The position numbers and the translations under genes were made by a program. From contig CAZHHB010000004.1 of NCBI GenBank assembly GCA_964532285.1, positions 425 through 64,424 on the forward strand: a stretch of 64,000 nt of DNA, in the 5' to 3' direction. The number at the start of each line of letters is the position of its first letter. Position 1 is the stretch's first letter. Below, in pieces: positions 50,830 through 61,716 of the stretch. The stretch comes from an uncultured Candidatus Saccharibacteria bacterium (lineage in GTDB: Bacteria > Patescibacteriota > Minisyncoccia > Phycocordibacterales > PALSA-1337). The notes beneath the pieces were generated by a model that saw only the letters and a list, made by a program, of their open reading frames with translations, ran no database searches and was not told where the DNA came from.

Positions 50830-53079
50830 CTAAACTTTCTCCTCAATTGATTCTGTGACAGGAACACTATCTTCTTGCTCAACACCCGCACCTACGCCGA
50901 TAATCTCGCGAGGTTTGGAACCATTAGCAGGACCTATCACTCCATGCTCCTCCAGCATGTCCATAAGTTTGGCGGCACGAGAATATCCTACACCCAATTT
51001 CCTCTGAATGTAAGAAGTTGAAGCTTTACCGGCTGATGATACAGCTTCACGAGCGGATTCGTAGAGCTCGTCCTCTTCTTCGGAATCATCGCCAATCATA
51101 GAATCAAAAGCGGCGCTGGCACCAGCTTCTGTTGGCGTGAGACTGATCTCGCTCATGATCTCGTCTTTGTAGGTATCAGTCAGATGCTTTACTACGCGCT
51201 TTACCTCGGATTCGGATATGAATGCTGATTGTAGGCGAACAGGTTTGGACATCTCGCCTCCGAGATAGAGCATGTCACCGGCACCTAGAAGTTTCTCTGC
51301 ACCCATCTGGTCTAGAATGGTTCTGGAATCAATCTGTGATGATACTTGTAGGGCAATGCGACTTGGTATGTTGGCCTTGATGAGTCCGGTGATGACATTG
51401 ACACTTGGGCGTTGGGTTGAGATGACGAGGTGTATGCCGATAGCACGACTCATCTGGGCGAGACGGACGATCGCCGCTTCAAGCTCTCGTGGATATGCCT
51501 GCATGATATCTGCCAATTCATCGATCACGATGACGATATAGGGCATGGTTTCTGGAAGTACAGTTGCCTCTTTGTTGTCTGCGCCACCTTGTTGTTTGTA
51601 TTTTGCTAATGCTGGAGCCAAAATGTTCTTGTGATATGAGTCAATATCACGAGCAGAATTTTGCTCCAAAATATTGTATCTACGACTCATTTCTTTTGCG
51701 GCCCATTTCAAAGCCAAGATAGCTTTCTTGGGATCGGTGATAACTGGTGTCAAAAGATGTGGAATCTTGTTGTACAAGGTGAGCTCTACACGCTTCGGAT
51801 CTATCATGATGAATTTCATGTTCTCCGGAGAATTGCGATACAGAAGGGAGGTGATGAGAGCGTGAATGCTTACAGATTTGCCTGAGCCGGTTGTTCCTGC
51901 AATGAGCATGTGTGGAGCTTTGCTCAAATTACTAAAATGCGCTTTGCCGGTAATGTCTTTGCCAAGAGACATCAGTAGAGGCTTCTCTGATTCTTGGAAT
52001 TCAGATGCGGAAAGTAGAGTTGCGAGTCCGACTGTTGTCTTGGCTGTGTTTGGAACTTCTATACCGACTAGGGATTTGCCTGGGATAGGGGCTTCTATAC
52101 GGATAGGGTGGGCGGCCAGAGCTAGAGCTAGATCATTGTTCAGCCCGATTATTCTGGATAGTTTCACCCCCTCAGCTGGCTTCAAGGCATAACGAGTAAC
52201 TGATGGTCCGATGGAGATCTCATCCATTTCTACGGTTATGCCGAAATTTTGCAAAGTACGCTTGATGATATTTGCATTGGCTTTTATGTCACCTGTCTCT
52301 GGTTTGCCACGATCCTTCTCCAATAGAGACAACGGTGGGGGAGTGAATGGTAGGAGGTGTGGCAAGATGACCGAGGAAGCAAAAGTGGCTTCTTCGGCGT
52401 CGGTGAAATCCAAAAGACCTTTCTTTACAACCTTCGCTTTATTATCAGTTTCTGTGCGAGGTTTGATATCGTTTGCTATGGCTGGGGTTCCTTGTGTGGC
52501 GGCTACGGCTTTGTTGATAGCGGCATTCTCATAGTCATCCATCTCACCATTTTTCTTCTTTGGTATGGCAACATCCTCATCCTTTTTCTTCCAAAACATT
52601 AGATCATTTAGATTGAAGGACACATTGAATGTCATTATCACAGAGATGATCAATACGGCGATGAGTATGGCGGTCGTGGCCCAGTAATCTATAAATTTCA
52701 GAAATGGGCTAGCGATCAGATGACCGATAACACCTCCTGCGTTGGCGACGACGACATGGATGAGGCCCAGTCCTGATACGAGGAATAAGAAGGCTCCTAT
52801 ACCCTTGGATATCTCAAATTTCCTCTTCATGCCCTGGAGGAAGGTGATGCCGAGCATGGCGGCAGTTATAGGTATCAAGTAATATCCGATGCCGAATAGT
52901 TTGGAAAAGACACGAAAGCCATATTCTCCTACGGGACCAGCTTTGCCGAAAGCAGCTAGTACTGTTATGACAGTTATAAGGAATGAAACTATGGCTAGTA
53001 TTACTTGGACAGTTTCGTCCTTCATCTCATCCCAGAATCTTATTTTTTTACCGAGGTCGTAATCTTTTTTCTTTGCCAT
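50830..53079 (-). CDS. ftsK: DNA translocase FtsK/SpoIIIE
   Basis: N-terminal TM domain, Walker A 'GTTGSGKS', and a C-terminal gamma winged helix 'YIQRKLGVGYSRAAKLMDMLEEHGVIG'. The start was placed at ATG 53079 ('MAKKKDYDL'); the upstream in-frame extension to 53133 overlaps a repeat arm. Confidence 0.85.
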   Translation of the reverse strand: MAKKKDYDLGKKIRFWDEMKDETVQVILAIVSFLITVITVLAAFGKAGPVGEYGFRVFSKLFGIGYYLIPITAAMLGITFLQGMKRKFEISKGIGAFLFLVSGLGLIHVVVANAGGVIGHLIASPFLKFIDYWATTAILIAVLIISVIMTFNVSFNLNDLMFWKKKDEDVAIPKKKNGEMDDYENAAINKAVAATQGTPAIANDIKPRTETDNKAKVVKKGLLDFTDAEEATFASSVILPHLLPFTPPPLSLLEKDRGKPETGDIKANANIIKRTLQNFGITVEMDEISIGPSVTRYALKPAEGVKLSRIIGLNNDLALALAAHPIRIEAPIPGKSLVGIEVPNTAKTTVGLATLLSASEFQESEKPLLMSLGKDITGKAHFSNLSKAPHMLIAGTTGSGKSVSIHALITSLLYRNSPENMKFIMIDPKRVELTLYNKIPHLLTPVITDPKKAILALKWAAKEMSRRYNILEQNSARDIDSYHKNILAPALAKYKQQGGADNKEATVLPETMPYIVIVIDELADIMQAYPRELEAAIVRLAQMSRAIGIHLVISTQRPSVNVITGLIKANIPSRIALQVSSQIDSRTILDQMGAEKLLGAGDMLYLGGEMSKPVRLQSAFISESEVKRVVKHLTDTYKDEIMSEISLTPTEAGASAAFDSMIGDDSEEEDELYESAREAVSSAGKASTSYIQRKLGVGYSRAAKLMDMLEEHGVIGPANGSKPREIIGVGAGVEQEDSVPVTESIEEKV

Positions 53080-53114
53080 GGTGTAATGATAACATAAAAA
53101 TGTGCGAACCCTAA

Positions 53115-53267
53115 CAAACAGGTTTCCTTGCAAGCCTGCGAGACTCGCTCCGTGAAATTGCTAGGTAAAAGGCTCAGGAATTATAAATAATTCCAACGAC
53201 GTTCGCCTTTTACCAAGCAATTTCTACTGCGCTCAAACAAGTTCTCGGCTTGCAAGGAAACCTGTTT
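53115..53267. repeat. Copy B of the ~110-bp conserved core (53137-53245) nested in an unrelated perfect 22-bp palindrome
   Basis: Outer arms CAAACAGGTTTCCTTGCAAGCC / GGCTTGCAAGGAAACCTGTTTG. The core differs from copy A at about 5 positions. It sits in the divergent region between ftsK and the 53441 gene. Confidence 0.8.
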
Positions 53268-53440
53268 GTTGGAGTTCGACCAGGAAAGGCCCCTCACTTC
53301 GTTCGGGACGCCCACTTTAAAAAAAGTGGGCGCTTGCAACTTACTTTTTAAAGACTATAATGGGCATGTCTCATAAGAGGGGAAATTGATTTTTTATCAA
53401 GGACAAAGATAAAATCTATAAAAGACATACATTTACGATA

Positions 53441-54244
53441 ATGGACAACAAAGAGACAAACAATCAGCCTTCGTTTAATGATCCAATAAACTGGAAATCC
53501 CTTGGGTTTTTTTCTGCTGAAGACTATCTAATATACATTTTCAAAAAGACAGAAAGGATCACTGCGGGTTTGTATCTAGTTTCAGGACTACTAAAGGACG
53601 AGGAGCCACTCAAGTGGGAAATGCGAGACAAGGGAATAGACCTTTTGTCTTCGTCCTTTTCTGCTTCAAACTCTCTGCCTGGTGACAAGAGTGCTATTAT
53701 TCAATCTTTGTTTACGGCGGCACTAGAAACTCTATCTCTGTTGAATGTGGCCCGTATTTCAAACCTTATTTCAGAGATGAATCACAAATTACTAGTTAGG
53801 GAAGTTGATCATATTGTCGGCATGCTCCGTGACAGACTGGCTCAGAGTGCAGAAAATGCTGGATATGTATTGTCAGAGTCATTCTTTAGGACACCAGATT
53901 TATTCTCATCAGGCTTCAGGTCTGCCAATAAGACAGGTGGAAGTATCAATCAGGGGATGAATAAGAGACATGAAACTGGGGACTACGCTAGTAATGATAG
54001 TAGTAACTATGTTAAATCAAGTGCAAATAAAGGACATGTTGATGTTCAAGCAAAAAAGACACAGAGACAGAGCGTTATTTTGAGCGTGCTTAAAGGTCAA
54101 TCCAATCTTACAGTCAAGGACTTCACTAAAGTTATAAAAGATTGCAGTGAGAAAACTATCCAGCGCGAGCTGATCGATTTGGTAGAAAAGGGCATAGTTA
54201 AGCGGGAGGGGGAGCGGAGATGGAGTAGGTATTCGCTTAGGTAG
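53441..54244 (+). CDS. Hypothetical protein with C-terminal winged-helix DNA-binding-like domain
   Basis: C-terminus 'QSVILSVLKGQSNLTVKDFTKVIKDCSEKTIQRELIDLVEKGIVKREGERRWSRYSL'. Confidence 0.4.
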   Translation: MDNKETNNQPSFNDPINWKSLGFFSAEDYLIYIFKKTERITAGLYLVSGLLKDEEPLKWEMRDKGIDLLSSSFSASNSLPGDKSAIIQSLFTAALETLSLLNVARISNLISEMNHKLLVREVDHIVGMLRDRLAQSAENAGYVLSESFFRTPDLFSSGFRSANKTGGSINQGMNKRHETGDYASNDSSNYVKSSANKGHVDVQAKKTQRQSVILSVLKGQSNLTVKDFTKVIKDCSEKTIQRELIDLVEKGIVKREGERRWSRYSLR

Positions 54245-54682
54245 GATTCCTTGCCTTTTTGTTCATATTTTGCTACTATTTACTCGTTAATTGTGTGTGT
54301 TACGGGATGTCCATTTTTAAGGGGATTTTCAGTTTTTTGGCGTTATCCACATTGTCTTTTGCAACATAGTTTGTTTGTGAGCTATAATGTCCTGTAACGA
54401 GTATGTAAGCGGTTTCAAACCTCTTGTATACTCGTACCAGAGCATTTCATTTGGAAGCCCTAAAGCCTACGAATATAGTGCGCACTGGGAAACGGACTTT
54501 GACAAATTAATAATAACAAAAAATAGTCATGTTCGTTATTTGTTTTGCCCACAAAATCTTTTGCCAATCGTGTCGATAGCGAAAGGTGAGAGAGGTGGAA
54601 ATTATTAGTCTTTATCAAAGCAGTTTCTTTCCACGATATTAGAAATAAACGGAAAGGGATTGTTTAATTATTAAATCACAAA

Positions 54683-56530
54683 ATGAAAAAAGTTCTTATT
54701 GCATCAGGCGTCGCCGTTATGGCCTTCGCTATGATCGCAGGAGCTCAAGCAACAGTCTTCAGTATGAACCTCACAGTTGGTTCAACAGGAGCTGATGTTG
54801 TAGCTCTTCAGACCGCTCTTATTAATGGAGGTTACAGCATCCCAGCTATCACTTCAGGTGCTGCAGCTAAGGGTTACTTTGGTTCACAAACCAAGGCCGC
54901 CGTCATGGCATATCAGGCAGCTCGCAGTATTCCAAACACAGGCTTCGTAGGTCCTTTGACCCGCGCCGCTTTGAATGGTGGAGTAGCAGGTGCTCCGGTA
55001 GCCGTAGGTTGCCCAGCAGGTTATACTTGTACACTAATTGGTGGTGGTACACCAGTTGTTGGTAGTCCAACAGGTATCACGACTCCGGGTGCTGAGGGAG
55101 TTCTTACAACAAAGCTTGCATCAAGCCCAATCGCAGATGCAAACATTGTTATATCTTCCAATGTCCCAGTTTACGGTATTGAAGTTAAGGCCCAGGGTTC
55201 AGACATGGTCGTTGACCGTGTTCTCCTCCAGGTGGCAGTAGGAGTTGGTGGTGCGGCTACAAGCCTCAGCAACCCTGCAACTTTCGTTAGATCTCTCAGT
55301 GCTTATGATGGTTCTACCCTCTTGAAGACTTGGAACCTCGGTCCTGCAGATTTCAACAAAGATTCATCTGATAGATACTATGTCATCGCTTCAGGTATGC
55401 GCTTCGTTGTCTTGAAAGATACAACAAGAGTTCTTACCTTCAAGATGGATGTCTCAGGTGTTTCTGCAGATATGAGTGCTCGTTATGTAACAGTTCAGGG
55501 ATACGCTGGTAACACCCAGAATGTCCGTGCAATTGACGGTTTGGGATTGAGCTCATACGCAGACATGTCCGGCTCTGCAAACAGCCGTGTTCAGGTCTTT
55601 AACACATCAGGCAATTCATCTTTGACAGTTACTACAAATTCAGCTCTTACTCCAAAGTCAACAAACATCAAGATTGATGCAACTGATGGAAGTAAGGAAG
55701 TAGTAATGCAAGTCTTTGATATCAAATCAACCACAGGTGCTTCAGTTGTAAAGAAAATCTATGTTACAACAAACGCTACAGCAACAGTTGGTTTGCCTTC
55801 AACATTGTACTTGTATGACGGTTCAACACTATTGTCTTCTGTAAGCGCTCCTACGACTCTGTATGCTTCGACCGCTTTCACAGATCTTACCGTTCCAATA
55901 GCAAAGGATCAGACCAAGACTTTCACAATCAAGGCTGATTTCCCAACAACTGGAAATGGTAATGCCGCTTCTACATCAATTGCCACAAATGGTGTCAGTT
56001 ATGAGAAGCCAGATAGTACAACAGCTTCAAGTACGATTACCCAATTTGGTGGTAACAGTCTATATCGTTGGACAGCTGCCCCTCAGTGGACACTCGTAAG
56101 TTCAAGTATTACTCCATCAGCCGGCGTACTCAACGTGTCATCTAGTTCACTTACAGCTACTATGGTTCTCAAAGCAACCGCCGTTGGTGGTGCTATGACC
56201 AAGCCAGTTGTCGGTGACATTACGATGATCTTTGCTTCCAGTACGGCAGCGGGAGGTGCTTACTCTACAACGGGTAACATAAACGCTATCGCTGTTACTC
56301 CGATCATCACAGTTACTCCAACTGATGCTACTGTCGGAGAAAATGGAACTTACACTGTTACGGTTACAGGAACACTGTACTCTAACAATGCACAAGTTAC
56401 CGCAAGTGCTCCATTCTTGATGGCGGTTTCCGCTCTTGATAGTGTTGTTGGTGCTGTAACTATCACCAACCAGACATGGGGTATTGATGATTTCTACACA
56501 GCTCCTGCTCAGTTGACAAAGGCTAACTAG
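54683..56530 (+). CDS. Secreted protein with N-terminal peptidoglycan-binding (PG_binding_1-like) domain and long Thr/Ser/Val-rich beta region
   Basis: Signal peptide, then 'GSTGADVVALQTALINGGYSIPAITSGAAAKGYFGSQTKAAVMAYQAARSIPNTGFVGPLTRAAL'. Confidence 0.55.
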   Translation: MKKVLIASGVAVMAFAMIAGAQATVFSMNLTVGSTGADVVALQTALINGGYSIPAITSGAAAKGYFGSQTKAAVMAYQAARSIPNTGFVGPLTRAALNGGVAGAPVAVGCPAGYTCTLIGGGTPVVGSPTGITTPGAEGVLTTKLASSPIADANIVISSNVPVYGIEVKAQGSDMVVDRVLLQVAVGVGGAATSLSNPATFVRSLSAYDGSTLLKTWNLGPADFNKDSSDRYYVIASGMRFVVLKDTTRVLTFKMDVSGVSADMSARYVTVQGYAGNTQNVRAIDGLGLSSYADMSGSANSRVQVFNTSGNSSLTVTTNSALTPKSTNIKIDATDGSKEVVMQVFDIKSTTGASVVKKIYVTTNATATVGLPSTLYLYDGSTLLSSVSAPTTLYASTAFTDLTVPIAKDQTKTFTIKADFPTTGNGNAASTSIATNGVSYEKPDSTTASSTITQFGGNSLYRWTAAPQWTLVSSSITPSAGVLNVSSSSLTATMVLKATAVGGAMTKPVVGDITMIFASSTAAGGAYSTTGNINAIAVTPIITVTPTDATVGENGTYTVTVTGTLYSNNAQVTASAPFLMAVSALDSVVGAVTITNQTWGIDDFYTAPAQLTKAN

Positions 56531-56633
56531 TCTTAGTCGCTAGAGTATGAAGTAAGTAGTCAATCTACTCATCTCCTACGCAACGGGTTACAAAGTTGCA
56601 GTCGCCTACACCTAACGGTTACGGCGTACTAAA

Positions 56634-56665
56634 AACAAAAACCCCTTCCACTTCGGAAGGGGTTT
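56634..56665 (+). terminator. Rho-independent terminator
   Basis: AAAACCCCTTCC-ACTTC-GGAAGGGGTTTTTG. Confidence 0.7.
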
Positions 56666-56834
56666 TTGTGTTGGGGGAAATAAGGATAAACTTCGAGTCG
56701 CCTTGCTGTGTTATACTAATTGCAACATGGTTAACCCCTTCGACCGTAGTTTCTTCAAATTCTTCTTCGGATTCATTTGTATTCTATTTGTAAGTTTTGT
56801 AATTATCTATGTTGCTGGACGCTACTGATTCTAT

Positions 56835-56920
56835 CCAAGATCCGATCTTGGTATACCGAGATCCGATCTTGGACTTTATCAGGAATTTATCTCTTTTTTA
56901 TCAGGAATTTATCTTTGTTT
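56835..56920. repeat. Composite repeat: twin palindrome (copy 5) plus tandem 'TTATCAGGAATTTATCT' x2 module
   Basis: CCAAGATCCGATCTTGGTATACCGAGATCCGATCTTGG, then ACTTTATCAGGAATTTATCTCTTTTTTATCAGGAATTTATCTTTGTTTG. The downstream module is identical to 46061-46106. Confidence 0.85.
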
Positions 56921-56986
56921 GATACGATTCAGACATTATTTACGCTGAGCTTTGTCGAAGCATCGGCTTAATGTCGTATCAAAATT

Positions 56987-59788
56987 ATGAATAGAATAAG
57001 GTTTTTAACAGTGTGTGCGGTGGCTGCTTTTATCTTCGCTATTACCATGGAGATGGCTATAGCGGCGCCAAATTTCACAGGGACACGGATCCCAAGTGGT
57101 GATTTGGTAGGTGATGTGGTGTGGACGAAAGAAGGAAGTCCGTATCTCCTTGGAGGTCAGGTCAATGTTACTTCTGGGCACTCATTGACTATTAAGCCTG
57201 GAGTTACGATAGCACTAGATCTGAAAAATAATAATTCGGCTCAAATCGTTGCTGAAGGAGGCTCCGTATTTATCGAAGGTACGAAAGATGAGCGTGTAAC
57301 TATAAAAGAAATAACAGATATACGTGTTTTTGGGGGCTTTATAAATGTCGCTTATGCGGACATAGAGATTCCTGGAATGAGCCTTTTTTTATTGGGCTCG
57401 AAAGCCATAATAGCCAGCTCCACCATCTCTAGTTTATACGGGGCTGGTGTTTATGTGTGGAATAGTAGCGCCAATATTAGTGATAGTGTTATAAGAAATA
57501 ATTCTACAATGGGCATAAGCATACCAGAAGATTTTGGAGGGGTACATTCTTCTGTCGTCATAAAAAACTCAAGCATCGTTGGAAATATACAGAATTCTAT
57601 TAGGAATAAAGGTACATACGCCGTCAAAGCCGAAAACAACTGGTGGGGAAGTGCGGATGGCCCGGCTGCTACAGGTACCAATTCTATAATAGGTTTAGTC
57701 TCTTATAGCCCATGGTTGACTTATGATCCTACCGCAACATCTACTCTGGTTTCCACAACGACGAATTGTTGTTCAAGTATCCTCTTTATCCCTGGGTTGG
57801 AAGGTTCGCGACTCTATACTCCTGAGAATGGACTATTGAAGATATTCTCATCCACAAATCAGCTCTGGGAACCCAATCGAAATGCGGATGTTCGTAAATT
57901 GTATTTGAATCCCGATGGTACAAGTGTTGATCCAGCTATATATTCTGGAGCCCCGATCGCAAAAGCGTTCGGTATAGTAGACATATATGGGAAATTCATC
58001 AATTTCCTAGATGGGCTAACTGCCAAAGGTACGATAAATGAATGGAAGTCCTTCGGTTATGATTGGCGCAAGCCCATAACAGAAGTGGTTGCGGGCGCCG
58101 AAGAGAAAGCTACGACGACGGAATCATTAATAAAAACTGTTACAGAACTAGCTTCGCGATCTAGGACTGGTAAGGTAACACTGGTCGCGCATAGCAACGG
58201 TGGCCTGGTGGCAAAATATCTTGTAAAAACTTTGGCTGATATGGGGAAAGAAGGACTTATTGATTCTGTTATCTCCGTGGCAGTTCCATATCTGGGGACA
58301 CCAAAAGCTATCACTGCACTACTTCACGGAGATGATCAAGCACTTGGTTATGGTCTAATCTCATCGGCAGATACTATGCGTGGTCTAGGTGAAAATATGG
58401 CTAGCGCTTATTCGCTATTACCATCAAAAGAATATTTCGCGAAGATATTTACTCCTACCATTGCCTTTGCTTCTACTACGGTCGAAGGTGTAAATAATGG
58501 ATCGTATCCTTTGGCAATAAAAGATTCTGTTTCTCAATCAAACTTCATAAAGGATTCAAACAATGTCAGGGTAGACCCGGCTTTCACCAGTACCAATTTG
58601 CCGATAAAAGGTAACGGCTTATTGATAGCTGCAGCAGATATCGTTCATGGAATCCTCGATCCATTCTCCTGGCCGGCGACTATATCCAGGTGGGCTATCG
58701 TCGGTTGGAATCTATACACAACAAGCGGGGTTACTTATTCTTTCGAAGAAAAGTGCCCGATTAACTTCGTCGGGGTTACTTGTCCCGAACTGTTGTCTCA
58801 TGAACAAGAAAAGACGAAAATGGGTGATGGAACGGTAGTATCTCCTAGTGCGGCGTACAATGCTGGGAATACGATCTCCGTCGATCTTGCTACTAGTTCT
58901 ATAAATTCGGGCAAGAATATTGACCATGTGAATATCCTGAATGCTTCAACGACGCAGTTTGCTATTGAGAGTATTGTAAGTAATAACGGTTTGGGTGGTG
59001 CCGGAACTGTATTGAATAACCTCTCAAAACTACCTGGCGTGACTATAGGTGAGCCTGATTATTCCAAAGAGCCGACATCTCTAGTCTTGAGTACGCACTC
59101 ACCGGTGGAGTTGCACATATATGACAGCAAAGGCAACCATACTGGTTTGGTATCGAAGCCGCCTGAGCTTGCAGACAATGACTTCATAAGCAGTATGTAT
59201 GAGACGAAGATTCCAGGCAGTAGTTTCGAGATATCAGAAGCCTCTGATGGTAATGATACATATATCTATCTGCCGAATAACACAGGGGATAAATATTCGG
59301 TAGAGATTCTCGGTACGGATATTGGTCTAGTTACTTTCGATGTGGAAAAGAAAGTGGGTACTGATGTTTTGGAGAGTGTGAAGTATTCAATGTTTACGGT
59401 GACTCCGTTGACTGTTGCTACGACGACTGTTTCCGATCTGTTGCCTCAGAGATTGAATATAGATGTGGATGGTAATAATGTCACTGATATGAGTATTGTT
59501 CCTAGCTACAATAAAATACCGAATCAGGCCTCAACCACTGAGTCATTGAGGATAACTTTGAAGGCTCTCATCAATAATGATCCACATGCCCAGGGTCTCT
59601 TGAAACGCTTGGATCATGTGATTGAAATGATGAAAAACGGCAAAGCGAAACAGGCGAGTAAGCAAGCAGAGCAATTCAATAAAAGATTGGGACATATCAA
59701 GTTGAAGGGGATATCGTCATCAGATCGCCGGAAGATTCTAGACGCCATTGAAAGGATAATTATAGAAGCAGAAGGGATGTATAAGTAA
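56987..59788 (+). CDS. Secreted protein: right-handed parallel beta-helix region plus alpha/beta-hydrolase (lipase/esterase-like, GxSxG) domain
   Basis: Signal peptide. Beta-helix repeats 'NSSANISDSVIRNNSTMGISIPED...'. Nucleophile elbow 'VTLVAHSNGGLVAKYLV'. Confidence 0.55.
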   Translation: MNRIRFLTVCAVAAFIFAITMEMAIAAPNFTGTRIPSGDLVGDVVWTKEGSPYLLGGQVNVTSGHSLTIKPGVTIALDLKNNNSAQIVAEGGSVFIEGTKDERVTIKEITDIRVFGGFINVAYADIEIPGMSLFLLGSKAIIASSTISSLYGAGVYVWNSSANISDSVIRNNSTMGISIPEDFGGVHSSVVIKNSSIVGNIQNSIRNKGTYAVKAENNWWGSADGPAATGTNSIIGLVSYSPWLTYDPTATSTLVSTTTNCCSSILFIPGLEGSRLYTPENGLLKIFSSTNQLWEPNRNADVRKLYLNPDGTSVDPAIYSGAPIAKAFGIVDIYGKFINFLDGLTAKGTINEWKSFGYDWRKPITEVVAGAEEKATTTESLIKTVTELASRSRTGKVTLVAHSNGGLVAKYLVKTLADMGKEGLIDSVISVAVPYLGTPKAITALLHGDDQALGYGLISSADTMRGLGENMASAYSLLPSKEYFAKIFTPTIAFASTTVEGVNNGSYPLAIKDSVSQSNFIKDSNNVRVDPAFTSTNLPIKGNGLLIAAADIVHGILDPFSWPATISRWAIVGWNLYTTSGVTYSFEEKCPINFVGVTCPELLSHEQEKTKMGDGTVVSPSAAYNAGNTISVDLATSSINSGKNIDHVNILNASTTQFAIESIVSNNGLGGAGTVLNNLSKLPGVTIGEPDYSKEPTSLVLSTHSPVELHIYDSKGNHTGLVSKPPELADNDFISSMYETKIPGSSFEISEASDGNDTYIYLPNNTGDKYSVEILGTDIGLVTFDVEKKVGTDVLESVKYSMFTVTPLTVATTTVSDLLPQRLNIDVDGNNVTDMSIVPSYNKIPNQASTTESLRITLKALINNDPHAQGLLKRLDHVIEMMKNGKAKQASKQAEQFNKRLGHIKLKGISSSDRRKILDAIERIIIEAEGMYK

Positions 59789-59863
59789 AATCCCCCTTTG
59801 AAAAAGGGGGTGCCCGAAGGCGATTAGCCGAAGGGTGGGGGATTTTTGTATAGAAAAACTCCG

Positions 59864-59890
59864 AATAGTTCGGAGTTTTTCTATTTCTTA
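59864..59890. terminator. Bidirectional terminator between convergent genes (56987 gene and rplL)
   Basis: AAAAACTCCGAA-TAGT-TCGGAGTTTTT, plus an additional hairpin at 59788-59812 (AAAATCCCCCTTT...GGGGG). Confidence 0.65.
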
Positions 59891-59899
59891 TTTATTTGA

Positions 59900-60292
59900 C
59901 TATTTCAACTCAACTTTACCTCCGGCGGCTTCAATCAATTTCTTCATGTTATCTGCATCTTCCTTCTTCACTCCTTCTTTGAGAAGTGATGGGGCAGCAT
60001 CAACTAGATCTTTGGCTTCTTTGAGTCCTAGAGCCAAGAGTTCCTTGACGGCCTTGATGACAGCGATCTTCTGAGCACCAGATGAAGCTAGGTGTACTGC
60101 GAAAGTACTCTTTTCTTCGGCGGCGGCACCAGCGGCTGGTGCGGCGGCCACAGCAACAGCGGCGGCTGACACTCCGAATTTTACTTCTAGTAATTTGACG
60201 AGCTCATTCAAGTCCATGACAGACATCTTCTCTATAGACTCCACAATGGTCTTGAACTTTGCTGGGGTTTCAACTGTGTTAGTAGGTTCCAT
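59900..60292 (-). CDS. rplL: 50S ribosomal protein L7/L12
   Basis: '[41 protein letters not shown]...[20 protein letters not shown]...[13 protein letters not shown]'. Confidence 0.9.
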   Translation of the reverse strand: MEPTNTVETPAKFKTIVESIEKMSVMDLNELVKLLEVKFGVSAAAVAVAAAPAAGAAAEEKSTFAVHLASSGAQKIAVIKAVKELLALGLKEAKDLVDAAPSLLKEGVKKEDADNMKKLIEAAGGKVELK

Positions 60293-60315
60293 ATTTTTTA
60301 ATTAATATTTAATAA

Positions 60316-60819
60316 TTATTTTTTCTTTGCGATCTGATCTAGTGCCATGACAAAACCCTGGATAGGAGAATTGATGACATTGACGAACATTCCATACAAG
60401 GTCTGTAGAGGTGGAATGGAAGCAATAGCGGTCATTTCCTCTTTTGTGACGAACTTGTCTTCGAATACACCACCAACGATCGTGACCTGGTCCTTGAATT
60501 TCTTCTGGAATTCGAACACGCCACTGGCTGGAGCTGTGAGGTCTTTACTGTACGCTAGACCGAACTCACCTACTAGTGTAGGTATTGTTCCTGTGTATTT
60601 CTTGGAAGCAAGTGCTTTCTCGGTCAAGCTTTTCTTGGCTACGAAGAATCCTACGCCTTTCTTTGTTAATTCACGGCGCATAGTCGTGGCGTCTAGAACT
60701 TTCAATCCATGAAAGTTGACGAAGACGAGCGTCTTGGCATCGCCCATGATTTTCTCTAATTTCTCTATGATTTCTTTTTTCTGTACTTTTGTACGAGCCA
60801 TATTTTTGTTTGCCATCAC
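60316..60819 (-). CDS. rplJ: 50S ribosomal protein L10
   Basis: 'KKEIIEKLEKIMGDAKTLVFVNFHGLKVLDATTMRRELTKKGVGFFVAKKSL'. Confidence 0.85.
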   Translation of the reverse strand: MMANKNMARTKVQKKEIIEKLEKIMGDAKTLVFVNFHGLKVLDATTMRRELTKKGVGFFVAKKSLTEKALASKKYTGTIPTLVGEFGLAYSKDLTAPASGVFEFQKKFKDQVTIVGGVFEDKFVTKEEMTAIASIPPLQTLYGMFVNVINSPIQGFVMALDQIAKKK

Positions 60820-61060
60820 ATTTTCATGTGGATAACAATATTGATTTCGACCTTTATGGGGCCTGACGAAAGAGATGTGGTATCTCGGAAAGTCTCACTT
60901 CGCCTCGCCGTAGCTCGCAATTAGCGAGCGTAGGCGGGTAAACGCTTTCTGTCTTTGACCTTGAGGACCATATTACAGCAACAAACGATAATTGCAAGTC
61001 TTCCCGAAGGCCGATTTCGAAAGGTAGGCCTCCTCGCATTTTCAGAATATTCTGTTAGAA
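60820..61060 (-). promoter_or_regulatory. ~240-nt 5' UTR of rplJ (candidate L10 leader autoregulatory RNA)
   Basis: A long untranslated region directly upstream of rplJ on the minus strand. Structure not verified. Confidence 0.3.
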
Positions 61061-61084
61061 TAGCATTTACTATATAAATACCAC

Positions 61085-61714
61085 ATGGATACACTCACGG
61101 CATTATTTGAGAGCCCTGCAAAAGTAAAGCTTCTTCGCTTATTCCTTTTCAATGCATCCACAGCTTTTCTTGTAAAAGAACTTTTTGACAGAGTGAAATG
61201 TCCGTTACCAGCCGTGAAGAGGGAATTAAATGTTTTGATCCGAGCCGGTATTATCAAGAGGAAAGATGTTTCCAAAGAAATTCAAGTTGGGCGAGGGAAG
61301 AAGATAATTACGAAAAAGTTAAGTGGCTCGGGTTATGTTCTAAATGATAAGTTTGCATATCTTGAACCCCTCAAGAACTTCCTGACGGTTACAAGTTTAC
61401 AGGCGGATGAATCATTGGCGAAACGCTTTACCAATGCAGGCAAGATCAAGCTTTTCATCGCGGCCGGAGTTTTCATCCAAAATTGGGATTCCAGGGTAGA
61501 TCTACTCATTGTTGGCGATGAACTCAATTTGCCTAGGATAGAGTCCGTGATTACTTCTATAGAATCAGAGATAGGCAAAGAGATAGCTTATTCAGCTTTT
61601 GAGACACAAGACTTTGAATATCGTTACGGTATACACGACAGATTGGTTAGGGATATTCTTGATTATCAACATATTACTTTATTGGATAGGCTAGGAGTTG
61701 AGGGTAATCAATAG
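61085..61714 (+). CDS. Hypothetical protein with N-terminal winged-helix-like segment
   Basis: 'PAKVKLLRLFLFNASTAFLVKELFDRVKCPLPAVKRELNVLIRAGIIKRK'. No catalytic motifs. Confidence 0.4.
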   Translation: MDTLTALFESPAKVKLLRLFLFNASTAFLVKELFDRVKCPLPAVKRELNVLIRAGIIKRKDVSKEIQVGRGKKIITKKLSGSGYVLNDKFAYLEPLKNFLTVTSLQADESLAKRFTNAGKIKLFIAAGVFIQNWDSRVDLLIVGDELNLPRIESVITSIESEIGKEIAYSAFETQDFEYRYGIHDRLVRDILDYQHITLLDRLGVEGNQ

Positions 61715-61716
61715 AT

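Noticed and set aside
53080-53133. Upstream in-frame extension of ftsK to 53133 (MQGNLFVRVRTFLCYHYT)
   Set aside because: It runs into the palindromic arm of repeat copy B and has no RBS. The conserved FtsK N-terminus starts at MAKKKDYDL (ATG 53079).
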